Counted from the first letter of the whole stretch, positions 23,830 to 37,335 are shown. The stretch is 63,813 bases of DNA, filler included, from Hyphochytrium catenoides (GCA_900088475.1; 10 parts of 10 records of this genome joined end to end with filler, not necessarily neighbours in it), one strand, 5' to 3'. Program-made: numbers and translations. The notes: generated by a model from the letters alone, not told the origin.

Positions 23830-26800
23830 ATGCCGCCAGCAAGAAAGAGAAACGCTTCCGCGGAGGCAATCGAGGTTAATGGCGCACCGTCCGCAGGCAG
23901 CCCCGCCACTGTCAAGAAGGTAGAAGTGCTTTCTCGTCTCTTTTGGGATGGGTCTGTAGGCTTCCTCTCGTGAGCCGCGTCGTCATTGTCATGTCCGCTT
24001 TGCTTCTTTGTCACACCGTTTTCTCAATCCCTCCTGCTCGAGCGAACTCTTCATTGTTAGCTCTCTTCTAGAGCTTCTACTTTTTTCTCAAACTAGTGTC
24101 ATTGCTGCCATTATGACTCCTAGACCAAAGCCGTCAATGCCAAAGATAACTGCCCCGCCACGTACCGCGCTGGCAGAGAGGATGGGCCTCTAAAGTGCAC
24201 ATGGTATCCGAACGCCAAAGAGAAAAGTGCACACCTGCACCAGCCGCGATGGCGAGAGCCCAAGATCTGCAGCACAATCTTGGATCACATTGGCAACACG
24301 CCTCTGGTGCGCATCAACAAAATAACCAAGAAAGCTGGCCTTCAATGTGAGGTGCTCGCCAAGTGCGAATTCTTCAACGCTGGTGGCAGCGTCAAGGACC
24401 GTATTGGCAAGGTGAGTAGGGAGCGGACGGACCTCTCACCTCTTTTGATTTGGTCTGCTTTCCCGTTTGACGCTGCTTCGTTTGACGCTTCTCACAGTTC
24501 CCGTGATGGTTTTCAGCGTATGCTCGGCCCCGCTGTCTCTCTTCTTCTCGCTCTCTCGTTCCCTCTCGCTCTCTCTCGCTCTCTTTTTTTCTTTCTTTCC
24601 TCTCTCTCTCTCTCTCTCTCCTTCCCTCATCCCTTCTAATTTTCTTCTCATCGGACCTCCATGTATTGCACTGGCTCCACTTACGTGTTTGTTTTGAACA
24701 TAGAGAATGGTTGAGGATGCCATGGCTTCGGGCCGCATAAAGCCGGGCGACACTCTTATTGAGCCAACGTCAGGCAATACAGGTACTTCGGGCGTACTTG
24801 CCTTTATTCTAGCTACTCCTCTCTTCTCTTTTTCTCACTCTCCGGACTGGGACAGGCATTGGCCTTGCTCTGGCAGCGGCAATCTATGGCTTCCGCATGA
24901 TCATCACTCTTCCCGAGAAGATGAGCAAAGAGAAGGTGGACGTGCTCAAGGCGCTGGGGGCGGAAATTATAAGAACACCGACCGAGGCAGCTTGGGACTC
25001 GCCTGAGAGCCACATCGGGGTTGCCAAGAGACTCAACGAAGAGATTCCGAACTCTCATATCCTGGATCAGGTGAGAAAGAGAGATGAGGAAAGACTGCAT
25101 GCTGGGCTAGCGCAAAAGGCCAAATGGCAGTACGGACGGCTTGTTATCAATCTAGAAAAATGGGGAATCAAGGCGACTAAGTCCGCACTCCCTCTCTCTC
25201 GCGCTCTCTTCCTTTGGCTTCGATCACGCAGTACTCGAACCCTTCAAATCCGCTGGCTCACTACGACCACACGGCTGAAGAGATTCTTGAGGCTTGTGAT
25301 GGGCAGGTCGATATGCTGATCGTATCTGCTGGAACTGGAGGCACCATCACTGGCCTGAGTAGAAAGCTTAAGGAAAAGTGCCCCAACGTTATCGTTGTGG
25401 GTGTCGATCCGAAGGGCTCCATCCTGGCAGAGCCAGAGCCTCTTAATGACGACATGGTAAGAGATGACGGAGTATGGAGTCCCGATAGGACCGCGAAAAG
25501 AGGCAATGAGAGGGGAGCTACCTGACGTTGCAAGTGAAAGGGAGAGAAAAGGCTTTCAAGTGAGCGAGACATAGCATTTTCTCTTCCGTATTCTGCTGGC
25601 TTTGCTGTATCCTTTGCACTAAGTTTGACACTCTTCTTCATTCCTCTCGCGTCTGACAGAGGCTCCAACCTTACAAAGTAGAGGGCATTGGCTATGACTT
25701 CATCCCTGCGGTGCTAGACAGGGAAATGGTAGACCGCTGGTACAAGGTAAGAACTAATAGTGCTAGAACAGCTAGCTCAACGCAGCTGCAGCGGGAGGGA
25801 TGTCGTCGTTGTTTTAGGGAAACTTGCGCTTAGATCTACGGGCCCTTCAATTCGAAGTGTCTAGCGCTTTGCAGTTACCGAGATGTGACTGACCAGCATC
25901 CCGCTCCATCTTTCTTGTCTTCGTTCTTTATGACCATGGCAATGGCATAGTCTGAGGATAAGGCATCATTCATCATGTCCAGGCGGATGATCCGGGAGGA
26001 AGGTCTCCTCTGTGGTGAGCATCATTGTCCCAGCCTATTGTATCATCTCCCCAGACCTACCTAGCAGTGTGTGTCTCTTTGGTGTTAACTCTGTACTCTT
26101 CAGGCGGCTCAAGCGGAAGTGCGATGTGTGCAGCACTAGAGCATGCAAAGAGCCTAAAGGCAGGACAGAAATGCGTTGTCATTCTTCCTGATTCCGTCCG
26201 GAACTACATGACGAAGGTAAACTGGCCTTCTTCTCGTTACTCATATTCTTTCGGACCTTTCGTGGAAAGGGTAGCAAGGACACGTCGTCGCTGGTCTCTC
26301 TCTCTCTCTGGACGATCCTAGTTGTTGTTCACGCCATTCTCCTTCGAAAGGTGACGGGCCATGTACACTAAGTCTTCTTTCTCTGTTTTTCTTAGTTCCT
26401 AAGTGATGACTGGATGTATGAGAATGCCTTTGTCACTGATCCGTCAAGCAAGAATCAAGTGGATGCGTGGTGGGCAAGCAAGCCTGTCTCAGAGCTACCG
26501 CTTCAGGTAAGGTGTCATCGGAAGCGAGACAGGGCGGCTGAGAAGGACAAAGATGATTGAGAGAGCAGGAGAAGATGGAAGAAGAGTGAGAGGCGGATGG
26601 AAATGGCCGTTGAAAAGCTCATGAAGGTCTTCCCTCTTAACCATCTAGGTGCCGTTCACTATTTCTTTGAATGTATCTTGTAAAGAAGCTGTGGATATCC
26701 TGAAGGAACAGGGTAAGTTGCAGCTCCCACTAATCTAACTTGCCTTTTCTGGTCCTAACTGCTAGCCTTCAGTAGTACGCCGATAACCTTCAGAAGGTTT

Positions 26801-27437
26801 CCCTAGATGTGAATTTCTTACATCTGATTTCTCCTCTGTCTAACGCCTATAATCGCCGTTTACAGGCTTCGACACGCTCCCTGTCGTGACAGAATCTGGC
26901 ACTATCTGCGGAGTGGTGAGCGAGGGCGGGCTGATGAGCAAGCTAGTCCAAGGAAGAGTGTTAGCATCGGATCCAGTCTCAAAGGCGATGTACACTCAGT
27001 TCAAGACGGTGTCGCTCCGCTCTTCGCTAGGAGAACTCTCTCGCATCTTGGACCACAATCACTTTGCTCTGGTTGTCAGCGAACAGAAGTGTTATGGTGT
27101 AGGAGGACAGCAGACCACGAGCACTGTCATCACCAGTATCGTCACGCGGTAAGGATGTTATCAAAAGGTTCTTCTGTTCAAGATTGTCTCGCGATGGTCC
27201 TCCCTCTCTTTGTTTCTCTCTCTCTGGTTGATGCTGTTGCTTTCTTCAACCTTCGTCACTACCCCTCGTTCACTACGTCTTCGTTCTCATTCACAGCTTG
27301 CTGTTCGTTGAGCTTTACATCTCTATCTCTCAACTTTCTCGGCGTTGGGTCTGACGTTACTCTCTCTATGCTGAATTCCCTGCAGAATTGATCTTCTGAC
27401 CTTTATCACAAGCGGGCCGGACGGACAATCCTCGTAG
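23830..27437 (+). CDS. CBS: Cystathionine beta-synthase with N-terminal heme-binding motif and C-terminal CBS (Bateman) domains
   Basis: [26 protein letters not shown] (PLP lysine), IEPTSGNTG|[57 protein letters not shown]|[18 protein letters not shown]|FLSDDWM and VTR|[10 protein letters not shown] at 27435-27437. Confidence 0.97.
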
Positions 27438-28027
27438 CCCAACTACTTGTCGCAGCCTAGTCGTACTTGATACCTTGTTGGACTCTATTCTAATATATAA
27501 AGCTTGAAACCGCGTCTCCTCTTCGTGGCCAACCACGTCTTTCTCTTTCTCCTGGTTAATTGGCGTCCACATCATACATCCCAGTCTATCATCAATGACA
27601 ACATCCACCTCTAACTATTGTCGGCGGACTAGAAAGATAAGAGTGCGACCCATTGGCTCCCCTGCAGGAACTGACGAAGGAACAGCAAGGGACCTTAAGG
27701 CCTCCTTTTTCAGATCGGCTCAACGGTAGTACTGAACAGACACTACAGAGTGACACATCCCGAAAGGTTTATAGAGGAGAGATGTCGTTTTGAGCTAAGA
27801 CCGCATGGAGTTAAATGACGGCGGGGCAAGGGTCACAGAGCTTCTTTTGCATCCTCAAATAAATTCTCATAAATAAGCAATAAATAGGTATATTGTACGA
27901 ACTCCACAATGCTGTGAAGTTGCTGAGAAGTGAAGCTCCGTCTCCATTGAAGCTTCCTCAAGAGGCGATAAGTGGTGAAACCCAAGGACGCCACGCATCA
28001 GTGCAGCAGCATAGCTGAGAATAGGCC

Positions 28028-31000
28028 TTAAAGTGCGAGATGACCCCGACTGCTTCCCCGCGGCTTGTCCTTTTTAACCTTGCCCGAGAGGAAGTAAAAG
28101 CTGGCGGGATTGCTAGTGTTGGGCCCAGCGGCAGCGGAGTCACCGGTGAGGGCAAAATCTGGATTATTCTCCAGCATGGTATCCAACAACTCCGAAAAGC
28201 GTGGGTTGCTGTCCATCAGCCCCTTAAGGACGTCCTGCTGTGAGGAGGTAGAATCTGGTGTCTCTATGGCTGATATTCTGGTCAGGTAGTCCAAAAGAGT
28301 CTCGAGGCTGTCTTCGTACCCATAGCCCTCCGCGAAGTGAAAAATCTTACTTCTAGAGAGCGTGTACTTCTTGCCTATGGTCGAATTAAGAGTGAGAAGT
28401 TCCCACCAATGAGGTAAAGAAATAGCTGAGGAGGAAGCGTTCCAAAATGGAAAGAGAGCAGTGAAGAGACTTAACAAGAGGCGGCCACTTAACAGTTGGT
28501 CAAGGACTGGCAATTAACAGAGGATAAGTCTTAGGGTATACACCCAAAGGAAGAGAAGAGTGCGAGAAAGCTAGCAGGGATTTTTTGAAGTAGCCTCTCA
28601 CCTAAGTCGATCTGTGGTGTGGACAAGAACACTGGAATGATAAGCTTTCCTCTATCCTCTGCAAAAGCAAGCTGATCATTCAGGATCTCAGACCCAGCCG
28701 ACTTGTCAGATATAACGCAGATAAAGGCAGCACACTGCAGGATCGCGTCCTTAGTCACAGATATGCGCTCTGTCGTATCCTTGTAAAGAGCCTCGCTATC
28801 TACGAAACATCGGTACCCCTTATCTCTGAGAGATAGGTAGAGACCACGGACAAAACGTGTTTGTGTGTCTCCGTGTGCTACAATGGAAAGAGCAAAAGCG
28901 GACGTTAGAGGGAGGGAGATCATCCGTAGCACCGGTCCACTTCACAAGGAAGATATCTATGAACGGAGGGCTGCCGCAGAGAACTGAAATGTAAAAGGAG
29001 TCATCGAGTAAGGACAAAAAGAGCATAACCAGCACGTTGCTCGTGACTCGTCGAATAGGCGCAACATAGAGAGACAGCCAGTGACATCCTAAGCCATCCT
29101 CATGTAGAAATCTCTTAAGTAGCAGTCTGCCCCCCTTACGCCCTACTGGCCCCTCATGCAATTTAGGGGATTTATCATGCGTGAGCTGCCCCTTACCAAT
29201 AAATAGGAAATTTGTCCCTTCAATCATCGTTTGGTCGAAGCGTAAATTGCTTGAGAGGAGCTCACTCTTGGGTCCGACACCTGATACAGCCTGATTCCTC
29301 TCTATTCTTATGCGATTGAGCTCATCCTTCACGCCATCGGCCAATATCCGGACCTTGTCATCGAAAGCAGTCTCATCATACTCAAAGACGACCTGCCTGG
29401 GGTCGACGACTGTCCGCTTGGTGAGGGCTGTCTGGAACGCTACAATCTGTCGCGTATATAGTAAGACCTGCACGACGGCAAAAGTCGATGGAATAAGTTA
29501 AGGAAGCAGTAGGAGAGAGATATGTTTGTAGAGGATAAAGCTAGAGCCACATAGACATAACATTTGCACTGCCTGGATGTTGGCAAGCAATGATCTTGTC
29601 AGTCCCTACCTGCAGCTCATCACTGACAGTGAAATCCTCACAAGAGATGGCAATGACGGGTTTCTGCAGCTGCTTGGCCAATGCTAACTCCTTGAGGCAC
29701 CACTCACTCCTCTGATAGTCCTCGGAGAGGATGCAAATCATCAGGGACGCGTTCATTAAACCCCTTGCTATCTCCTCCCGCCACACTGCGCCTCCACCAA
29801 TGCCATTGCCATCCACGGCGGTATCCATCCAGGTAGTGATGCCTGTAGTCGAGAACAAACAGACGGAGAGATGATAGGGCATGAGCCTGTGGTAAATCGG
29901 GTACAACATATGCTCACTAGGAGCATGGCGCTACTTGCAGAATGTGAGAAGTTCAAGAACCGAAAGAAGGACCTGGAGACAGGAGTAAATGCCCTGCCTT
30001 CTTACCTAGAGATTCCAAACGGTCTCTAACCTTCATCGTAAACTCTGAATGCGAATGCGTATAGCTATTTTGATCCGTGTAGGTTAAATAAACGTCGAAA
30101 GGGCATCGAATTAGCTCACCAGACGATCGTCAGGAAGTGAGGATAGCACTAACCTAATCATTGCATCTCTGGCTCCTGCTGCCCTTTTAATCATAAATAG
30201 AAGCTCCGCACTAGTGGTACATTCCAAGGGCCGCTTGCCCTCGCGATTTATGCGGGTAAGGTCCGCTCCTGCTCGTAAGAGCGAGAGCGCTATCCAAAGA
30301 GGATTAACGACCGCAGTTAAAGAACAAGAATCACCTAGGTGAGCAACTTCCTCTCTAGAAAAACCAGCGCTTCTAACCCTCACCTGTGCACGTATTGCCG
30401 AGCTTGACAGCAATATGCATCGGGGTGTCTCCGTTAGGAAGGCGAACGTTGACATCTACTCCTGCGCTAACTAATGCAGCCAGGACCTCTTCCGAGACTT
30501 GAAGGCCCTGCATTCGGAGTGTAACACGGACGATTGGACGTAAACAGGTAGGATATTGACACGGACGATGGACGTAAACAGGTAAAATATTGAGATATAG
30601 AGGGTTGCGGATGTTAAGCTCGTCAACGCCATCAGTCCACAACCAAAGAGCAGTCGCCGCACCTGCGCACCGCAGAGAATAGGACACATCTGGTCATGGT
30701 CTTTGGTGTGGATATTAGCTCCCGCATACAAAAGAACCTTCACTACCTCCACTTGATCATTCCGGACTAAATAAGAGGGTTATTAGAATCATTTGTGTCG
30801 TAAGCCCTCTTCACGTATGCAGCGAAGCCCGCTTGTTCTCGCTTATACCCCATTCCCCTCCATATATGCCACAATGTCAAACCTGTTTACAATCCATCGG
30901 ACATCTCTTTATTTCGCTGCCCTCTCTCCCATCCGGAGTTTAACATGGGGGTCTCTCTTCTCTAGCGCACCTTCCTTCACTTACCAGCCCAGTGGAGAGG

Positions 31001-34000
31001 GGTTCTCCCTTTATAGTCCATAGCATCTAGGGTAGCTCCAAAGCGAATCAAAGTTGCAGCAGCATCCGCACATCCAGCAATCGCTGCCCAATGTAAAGGA
31101 GAGCGATAGTAGAGTCCATTGCACTGTAGTGACATAGAGATAGGGAATATTCAATGAGAATCAGCCTGAAATTGAAATCTTGTCGCGTGCTTTACTATCA
31201 AGAAAGGCCACCCAAACCGAGCAGAACGAGAGGATTACCTTATCTCCCAAGCAATCCGCATTAGCTCCACTTCTCATGATTTGAATAATGCGCTTCACAT
31301 TGTTCGTTGCTGCAGCCGCATGTAGTGGGGTCAAGGGGACATCTCCTCCCCATTCCTCAAACACTCTGACCAGCATGAACCGGCCGCTGATCAAAGCTCG
31401 AAGAAGAGCTGTGCTGCGCTGACACACCAAGAGATGGTTGGCTGAGGAGAAAATGATTAGCTTATAGAGAAGGATGTGGCTCGTGAACCAGTCACAGGTG
31501 CACCAACCTATAGGGTCACAAAGGATCGCCTCACGATACAGGGTTGTACATATTCTCTACTCTTACCTCTGTGCGCTACCAGCACGTTTACGACCTCCGG
31601 CGATTCTGCCAAAAAAATAGGAGGTACCTCCTCGAAACGGGAAGACGAGACCGTCAGCTGATTGACATCGGCACCGTGTTGAACAAGCCAAAGCACCGCA
31701 TCCGCATGACCATTAGCCACCTAAGAGTTATTCATGAACATTGTTCGAGGTGAGCGACATCACAACCGGTAGGACTGCTGCTCTGCGTTATTATGAAGAC
31801 TCAACGCAGTGATATAACAACGGAGTAGCAATGAAGACACCCGCAACGGTGTGAAACGCAAAAACGTAAGGAGAATGCTTACCGCAACATGCAAGGGGCT
31901 GAGTAGTGTCTGCTCGAAGAGCGAGTAATGGCCGTAAATCGTTTCGCGTTGCCGGTGCGAGTCCTGTCCCCGTCGTCTAAGCCAACCAATCCGGCTGACC
32001 AGAGCTTCATAACCCTCTGCTACCCGAATCTGGATCCACATGACAAAGGTTAGGTTTAGACTCGAAGAGCTCGTCCAACATAGTAGATTGTGAAGAAATA
32101 GCGAAAAGGCTAATGCCGGAAGACAAGCAGCGAAAATGGGAGTGCTGTTGACCTGTATCCGATTCATTTTATCCAAGCTGTTGATGTCGAAGCCAGCTTG
32201 TACTAAGACCTCCAGGACGTCAACGTCGCCTAAAGGAACGAATTGGTGAATAGACCAAAATCAGCCATCCAAAACGCTTCTGAAAGCCCGCCAGCGCCGA
32301 CTTTGCCGTTTCAAAGAAGGTTACATTGCTCCTGTGCCAAACAAGTATCCCTTACCTCGAGCGGCCGCTGCATGAAGAGGGTTGTATGTTGATGTGGCAA
32401 AAAACCCTAGCGACAGCTTCGGAGTCCGGTACATGTGCTGATGAAAGCCATCTCCGAGAGCGGAGGACGCCTCGATCAACGTCTTTTGCAGCTCATTGAC
32501 ATGACCAGAACTGGCGGCATGATAGAGTAGAGTTCTGAAGAGTCTCTCATTCTTACTTCTCCTTGAGAAGCAAAGCAGTTTGGCTATTCCACATGTTACG
32601 ACGTACTGATCACGGCTAAGTGTAACGCCCAGCTGCAGTCGAAAATGATCTCTGAAGCGGTGATACGCTAGCACTTGCGACCACATCAGGAAGTATGCTA
32701 CGTAGCTACAAAGGGAAGAAAAAAGGTTGATGATCCAAAAGGTTAATGATTCATAGAAGAGCAGGATGAGCTAGATTTAGATTTGCACATGTGAAGTGAC
32801 TGAAAAGCACCAAGCCGACAGCACAATTATGAAAGAACGGGGACGCAGTAAAGAGCTACAGTGGGGCTGTTTAGTCAGCATGGAAAGAATATACGATAAA
32901 TCAATAACACAGCCAGAGATGAGGAAACCTCAATCGAACGTGTAAAAAGATGTGAACTAGAAGGACTGACCTGACGACAATGTTTGCCCATACTGCTAGT
33001 AGAATTGTGATCGACGTATCCAGTAGGGCAGTGGTGCAATCCCAGTAAAACCCGGCTACAGCGTTCCAGAGGATAACCACTACCACTCCGACGCCCGTTA
33101 ATGCCGATATAATGACGACAGAGTCACAAATTGTGATATACCAGGTACGCTGATAGACAGAATTCATACGGTTCCGGCGGTAGAGAAAGAACGGGCGCCA
33201 ACCCAGAGTGGCAAACCCTAAGACCACTGTCTTAAGCACAGTACACCCGGTAACCAGCGAAGTAGTAAAGGGCTTCACGCACTCTCCGTGGTAGACAATA
33301 TCCTTTACCATATCCCGTGACTTTTCGTCGTCGATAGCGGATATCTGGAAGAACAGTGAGAAGTATGAAATGAGCGCCAAGGGAGAAAGAAGGAGAAAGG
33401 CGATGTCAATACGACCCAATGGGCTGGACGGAGAGCAAGCATTGTTTAGAAGAACCCGATGTTAGGTAGCATACTTCAGAGTAACCCATGATTAGGTGGG
33501 ACGTGGAAGCATTAAGTGAAGAGAAGCCTACACATTCCATCATTTCAACGCCAGGTGAGGAAAGGACATCAGGTGAAGGCTTCTGAACGTAGGGTTTCTT
33601 ACCCTATTAGGAATCCAAAAGAATTGGTTTACTCCCATGAAGGATAGAACGAAAACCAACTGGATAGTCTTGAAGAGGAGAGGCCAGCTGACGTAGGAGT
33701 TGGCTAGAGCCCCGCGGAATGATCTTGGCGGCTGTTCTATTTCCTCCTTGGAACGTATACTGCCCTCATGATATACGCTCTCGCGATGGATCCGTCGCTG
33801 CTCAAGGCTGTTGGTTCCGCAGAGACGATAAGGGTAAGTGCAGGCCTCCCAGCAGAGAGACAGACAAAAAGGAAATCTTCAAGCTACGATAACGGAAGAG
33901 CAACAATCCGTATGATCAATTGTTGGGGTAAAATCCTATGCCGTTTACCTGGGACGGAAGCTCCTCGTCATGTCCCCAATGGTATATCGGGGCGCCACGT

Positions 34001-34490
34001 AACGATGGTCTCGTTCTAGTTTTTCAATTGTATTTGGTCCCGATCGCTCGACGCCATAACGAGCAATAGAGTCCCGCGTTGTAAGAGGCAATATGCGATC
34101 AATTTTGGCTCCAGAGGTAACAGAGGAAGAGGACCGGAACTATATCGCCAAATGACAAAGATAAAGACGATGGAAGGCTGTGTTAGAGGGTAAAACGAAG
34201 AGGATGTTTGGTTTGCCATTCACCTTTGCTTGCTGCAGGGGTATGGAGATGGCACTCTGCCTCATCTGGACGTCAGAATTGCGCATGGGGAAAGCCGGAG
34301 ACACTGACGGATGGTAGTTGGTTGTTTCTCTGGTGGGATCTGGGGTGGTTGCGAGCGGGCTTGGCTCCATTTTGTATACATTCTTGCTATTCTGGCTCTC
34401 TAGAAGCACTTTAATCCGAGGAGGAAGTTCAAGGCTTTGGTTCCTTCTGAAACTCCTGCTCAACTCGGAGCTCCTGTCTCCGTCCTCCAT
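28028..34490 (-). CDS. Multi-exon protein: disordered N-terminus, 2-3 transmembrane segments, ankyrin repeats, two TIR (TIR_2-like) domains
   Basis: Hydrophobic exons at 33345-32650. Ankyrin motifs: LLYHAASSG, NPLHAAAARG, SPLHVA|VANGH, TPLHAAAATN, SPLHWAAIAG, TPLHWA and DTPMHIAV. TIR1: DAMISYTH...GITTWMD...WREEIARGL..ICILSEDYQRSEWCLKEL. TIR2: FLFIAHG...GYRCFVD...ICVISDKSAGSEILNDQL..IIPV. Confidence 0.87.
30524..30592. repeat. Intronic tandem duplication, about 35 bp x2
   Basis: ACACGGACGA(T)TGGACGTAAACAGGTA(GG/AA)ATATTG occurs twice. Confidence 0.9.
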
Positions 34491-36078
34491 GGTAATCAAT
34501 GCCGCTTAGCTATACACAACAACATACTTAAGGATCGGCCGCATCGCGATAATATGCTCTGCAATATCCGCTCCCAGCCTGCCACTTAGCAAGTACAAGC
34601 TTCTAACGAGTTATCTCTCTTTGACCTCTACGCCTAGCGCATAAGTCACTTCCCTTCTCTCCAAGCATTAAGCATCAGAAAGAGGAATTTATGGGCTTCA
34701 GTCTTCTTGCGTCGTCCACAAGTTGCTCCTGTGCTGCCGCAAGCCAGAACCAAGGTGAGACCCTCTTTGTGGTAGCAAGAGAGTCACAGCCTCGCTAGAA
34801 CCAGCAAAGTGCTTGTGGGAGTCTCGCCACACAGAGAATAGAAAGTTGGCACTCATTTTGCCTCACAACTTTGGTACAAGTCAGGGCGCAGGTGAGGTGG
34901 CGATGACGGACTGTGCGAGCAGACAAAAAGCTTCAGATAAAAGAGAAGAATCTGCACTTATTGGGTCCTGGCAGCGGCATACGATAAGGTTATAAAAGCC
35001 GTCAAGTCCACCTGAAGGGTCTCAGATGCGGCATATTATCAGGATCTACTTCAGCAATAATCCGCGTCTCACGTCTGGTGCAGTCCCCTTGGCCAATTTC
35101 CGCCCTCGCCTACCCGCTTCTACTTCAACTGCCACCCACCCGTCCTCCTTCCTTGCCTCTAGTCTTCCTTGGTACATCGTCTCCTTGTACGCACAACGCG
35201 CAACTACAACAACCAACACCCCTACAGAGTACAGAGAATGCAATGGAGATTCAGTTCAGTTCTCAGTTTTGAGTCTCTATTTTTACTCAGATCATCGAGC
35301 TCAATCTGTAAAGATTCGCAATGAATAGTCCATTTCTGAAGAACGCTGTCCAGAAGGGGAGGGAGCACTTCCCAGCATAATTGTTTGGGGCACTCCGCGT
35401 CTACTTTCGTCTCTGTTCTGCTATCTAACAAGCGGTCCTCCTTGACTGGCCAGTCGTCGTATACTGGGTTTGGATATGGGACAAGGGGTTGCATGGCTTG
35501 CCTAGCCACCACGCGCCGCACTGCATAGTTGCTGGTTGTTGAAGAAGAAATCTGACAGGATCAAGTAGCCAATCGCTGCATTGTCAGCGAACCCTTATAA
35601 GCAACAGATAGGATCCTCATCGCCTTAGGTTTTCACGGTATTCGCTGAACTCCTTATGTAGAAAGTAGTACTACTGGGGCGTTGCCTCTTTCAACGATGT
35701 ATGCGGCGCTGGCGTTGTGGCTGCAACATCTGGCTGTCTCTTTCTAAACTCCCCCAGAAAACAGATACATGGCAGTGCCGTCCAGGCTCGACACCCTTCG
35801 TGCTCCCATTCATTTGACTAGTGCCATAGAGGATCTCAAAGGTCGCAGGACATGTGCATACTGGCATCGGATCATTTTCCTTAATAAGGTTAACGTATCG
35901 CGCTTCGATATGCGTCGTAGCCCCATGAGTATATGTCTATTGGCCCCTGTACCACCTCATTTCAGCTTAGCAACAAGTGCTACTACTCAGGATTAAAGGG
36001 CGGTGAACAAGCTGTCAATAAATAAGAAGAGAAGGAGAAGAGAATGATAGCCACTATTGGTGCTCTAAACTAAGCAGT

Positions 36079-37335
36079 TCACTCATCGTCATCGCCTCCG
36101 CCACGCGCGGCACGTTGAGACGTCGGTATTCCTTCTGACTTCTCCGCAGTAGCAGCTTGAACATTGTAAGAAGTCTCGATGGCTGGCGAAAGCGATGAGA
36201 CGAAGGGCTCCTGCCCCTCATCCTCAGAATGCACCAAAGTTGCAGCATCTACCTCTCTCTGATCTATTGTCTTACTCTCTTTCGATGGTATCGCAGACAC
36301 CTGGTATTGGAAGATGCTGGACTCTATCAAGTCTTCCACAACTGAGCGGACGATTAGCTCTGTCTCAGTGCCTGACTGAATCACATTCACTTCTTCATAC
36401 TCTCCCTCTTCGGGGATTGGCTCCAACCTTGTCCTTTGAAACGGGAAAGAAGAAGACAAGTTCTCATTCGTCTTCCGCCCATCGCGATGCCTCTTGGCAG
36501 ATCGTTCTAAGAAGTGGCACGAGACAATGCATGCGCTGAGAAGAATATACCGCCTTCCAGGCAATGGTTCGGCCATCAGAGCACCAACTAAGATGGCAAT
36601 GGAGCCCACCAGGCCCCAAACAGGACCGATCACGGCATCTACAAGCTGGAACATCAGCACCAAGAGCAACAGAATGCCAGAGACAGCTAGTGCAATCAGT
36701 GCTAGGCCCATGGAGTTCTCCCCCAAGAAGCCGTAGGTCCTAAAGAATAAGGTCTCAGCCTTGGAGACGGTCACTGTCCCTATGTCCTTTACCAGGTTCC
36801 ATAAGTCTTCTAGGAATATGGTGACTTCTAGCCAAATCTTTCTCCGAGTACTCTGCAGTAGTATTTCCTGAATCTCTGTTTCCACTTCTAAGCGATCTTT
36901 GGCCAGTTCAGCGTCTTGCCGCACGCTCTGAATCCTCTTCACGGACTCGTCTGAGAATCTCTCCAACAGACTTTTGATATCATCCGAGCTCAGAGATCGA
37001 AGATCGTTCTTCTCAACTCCCTTTCCGATTGCTGAGCCTGCCGATGACGCTCTGCGTGCGACAGGTGGTGCCTTCTGAGACGCCGTTGGCTTGTCGTCCA
37101 GTCCCTGATATGGAGCGGCAGTGTCGTCATCTTCATCCGTACTCATCAAGACTGCGATGGCGCTTTCTAAGACATCTGAGTCCAGTCCCTGAAGAACGCT
37201 CCAGTCCGGAGCCTCTTCAAGAGCTGTGTGGTCGCTCTCAACGCCCATTTCAAAAGCCATTGATGCGCTTTCTACTAACCCGAGGGAGAAGAGCCCCCAG
37301 CTCACCGCCAGCAAGAGCGCACCTGTCTTTCTCAT
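36079..37335 (-). CDS. Intronless 418-aa uncharacterised membrane protein (signal peptide, acidic/coiled region, 2-3 TM segments, acidic tail)
   Basis: Long non-repetitive ATG-initiated ORF. The N-terminus MRKTGALLLAVSWGLFSLGLVESA looks like a signal peptide. Hydrophobic stretches: MGLALIALAVSGILLLLVLMFQLV and IGPVWGLVGSIAILVGALMA. Confidence 0.7.
   Translation of the reverse strand: MRKTGALLLAVSWGLFSLGLVESASMAFEMGVESDHTALEEAPDWSVLQGLDSDVLESAIAVLMSTDEDDDTAAPYQGLDDKPTASQKAPPVARRASSAGSAIGKGVEKNDLRSLSSDDIKSLLERFSDESVKRIQSVRQDAELAKDRLEVETEIQEILLQSTRRKIWLEVTIFLEDLWNLVKDIGTVTVSKAETLFFRTYGFLGENSMGLALIALAVSGILLLLVLMFQLVDAVIGPVWGLVGSIAILVGALMAEPLPGRRYILLSACIVSCHFLERSAKRHRDGRKTNENLSSSFPFQRTRLEPIPEEGEYEEVNVIQSGTETELIVRSVVEDLIESSIFQYQVSAIPSKESKTIDQREVDAATLVHSEDEGQEPFVSSLSPAIETSYNVQAATAEKSEGIPTSQRAARGGGDDDE

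Noticed and set aside
4855-28030. Possible nuclear stop-codon reassignment
   Set aside because: Apparent in-frame stops fall in introns, and TAA, TAG and TGA each end a confident gene model.
33583-33602. Apparent 20-nt pygmy intron in the TIR gene (and a 21-nt one near 3260-3280)
   Set aside because: A normal GT-AG intron at about 33692-33605 explains the frame, and the 21-nt candidate leads straight to a stop.
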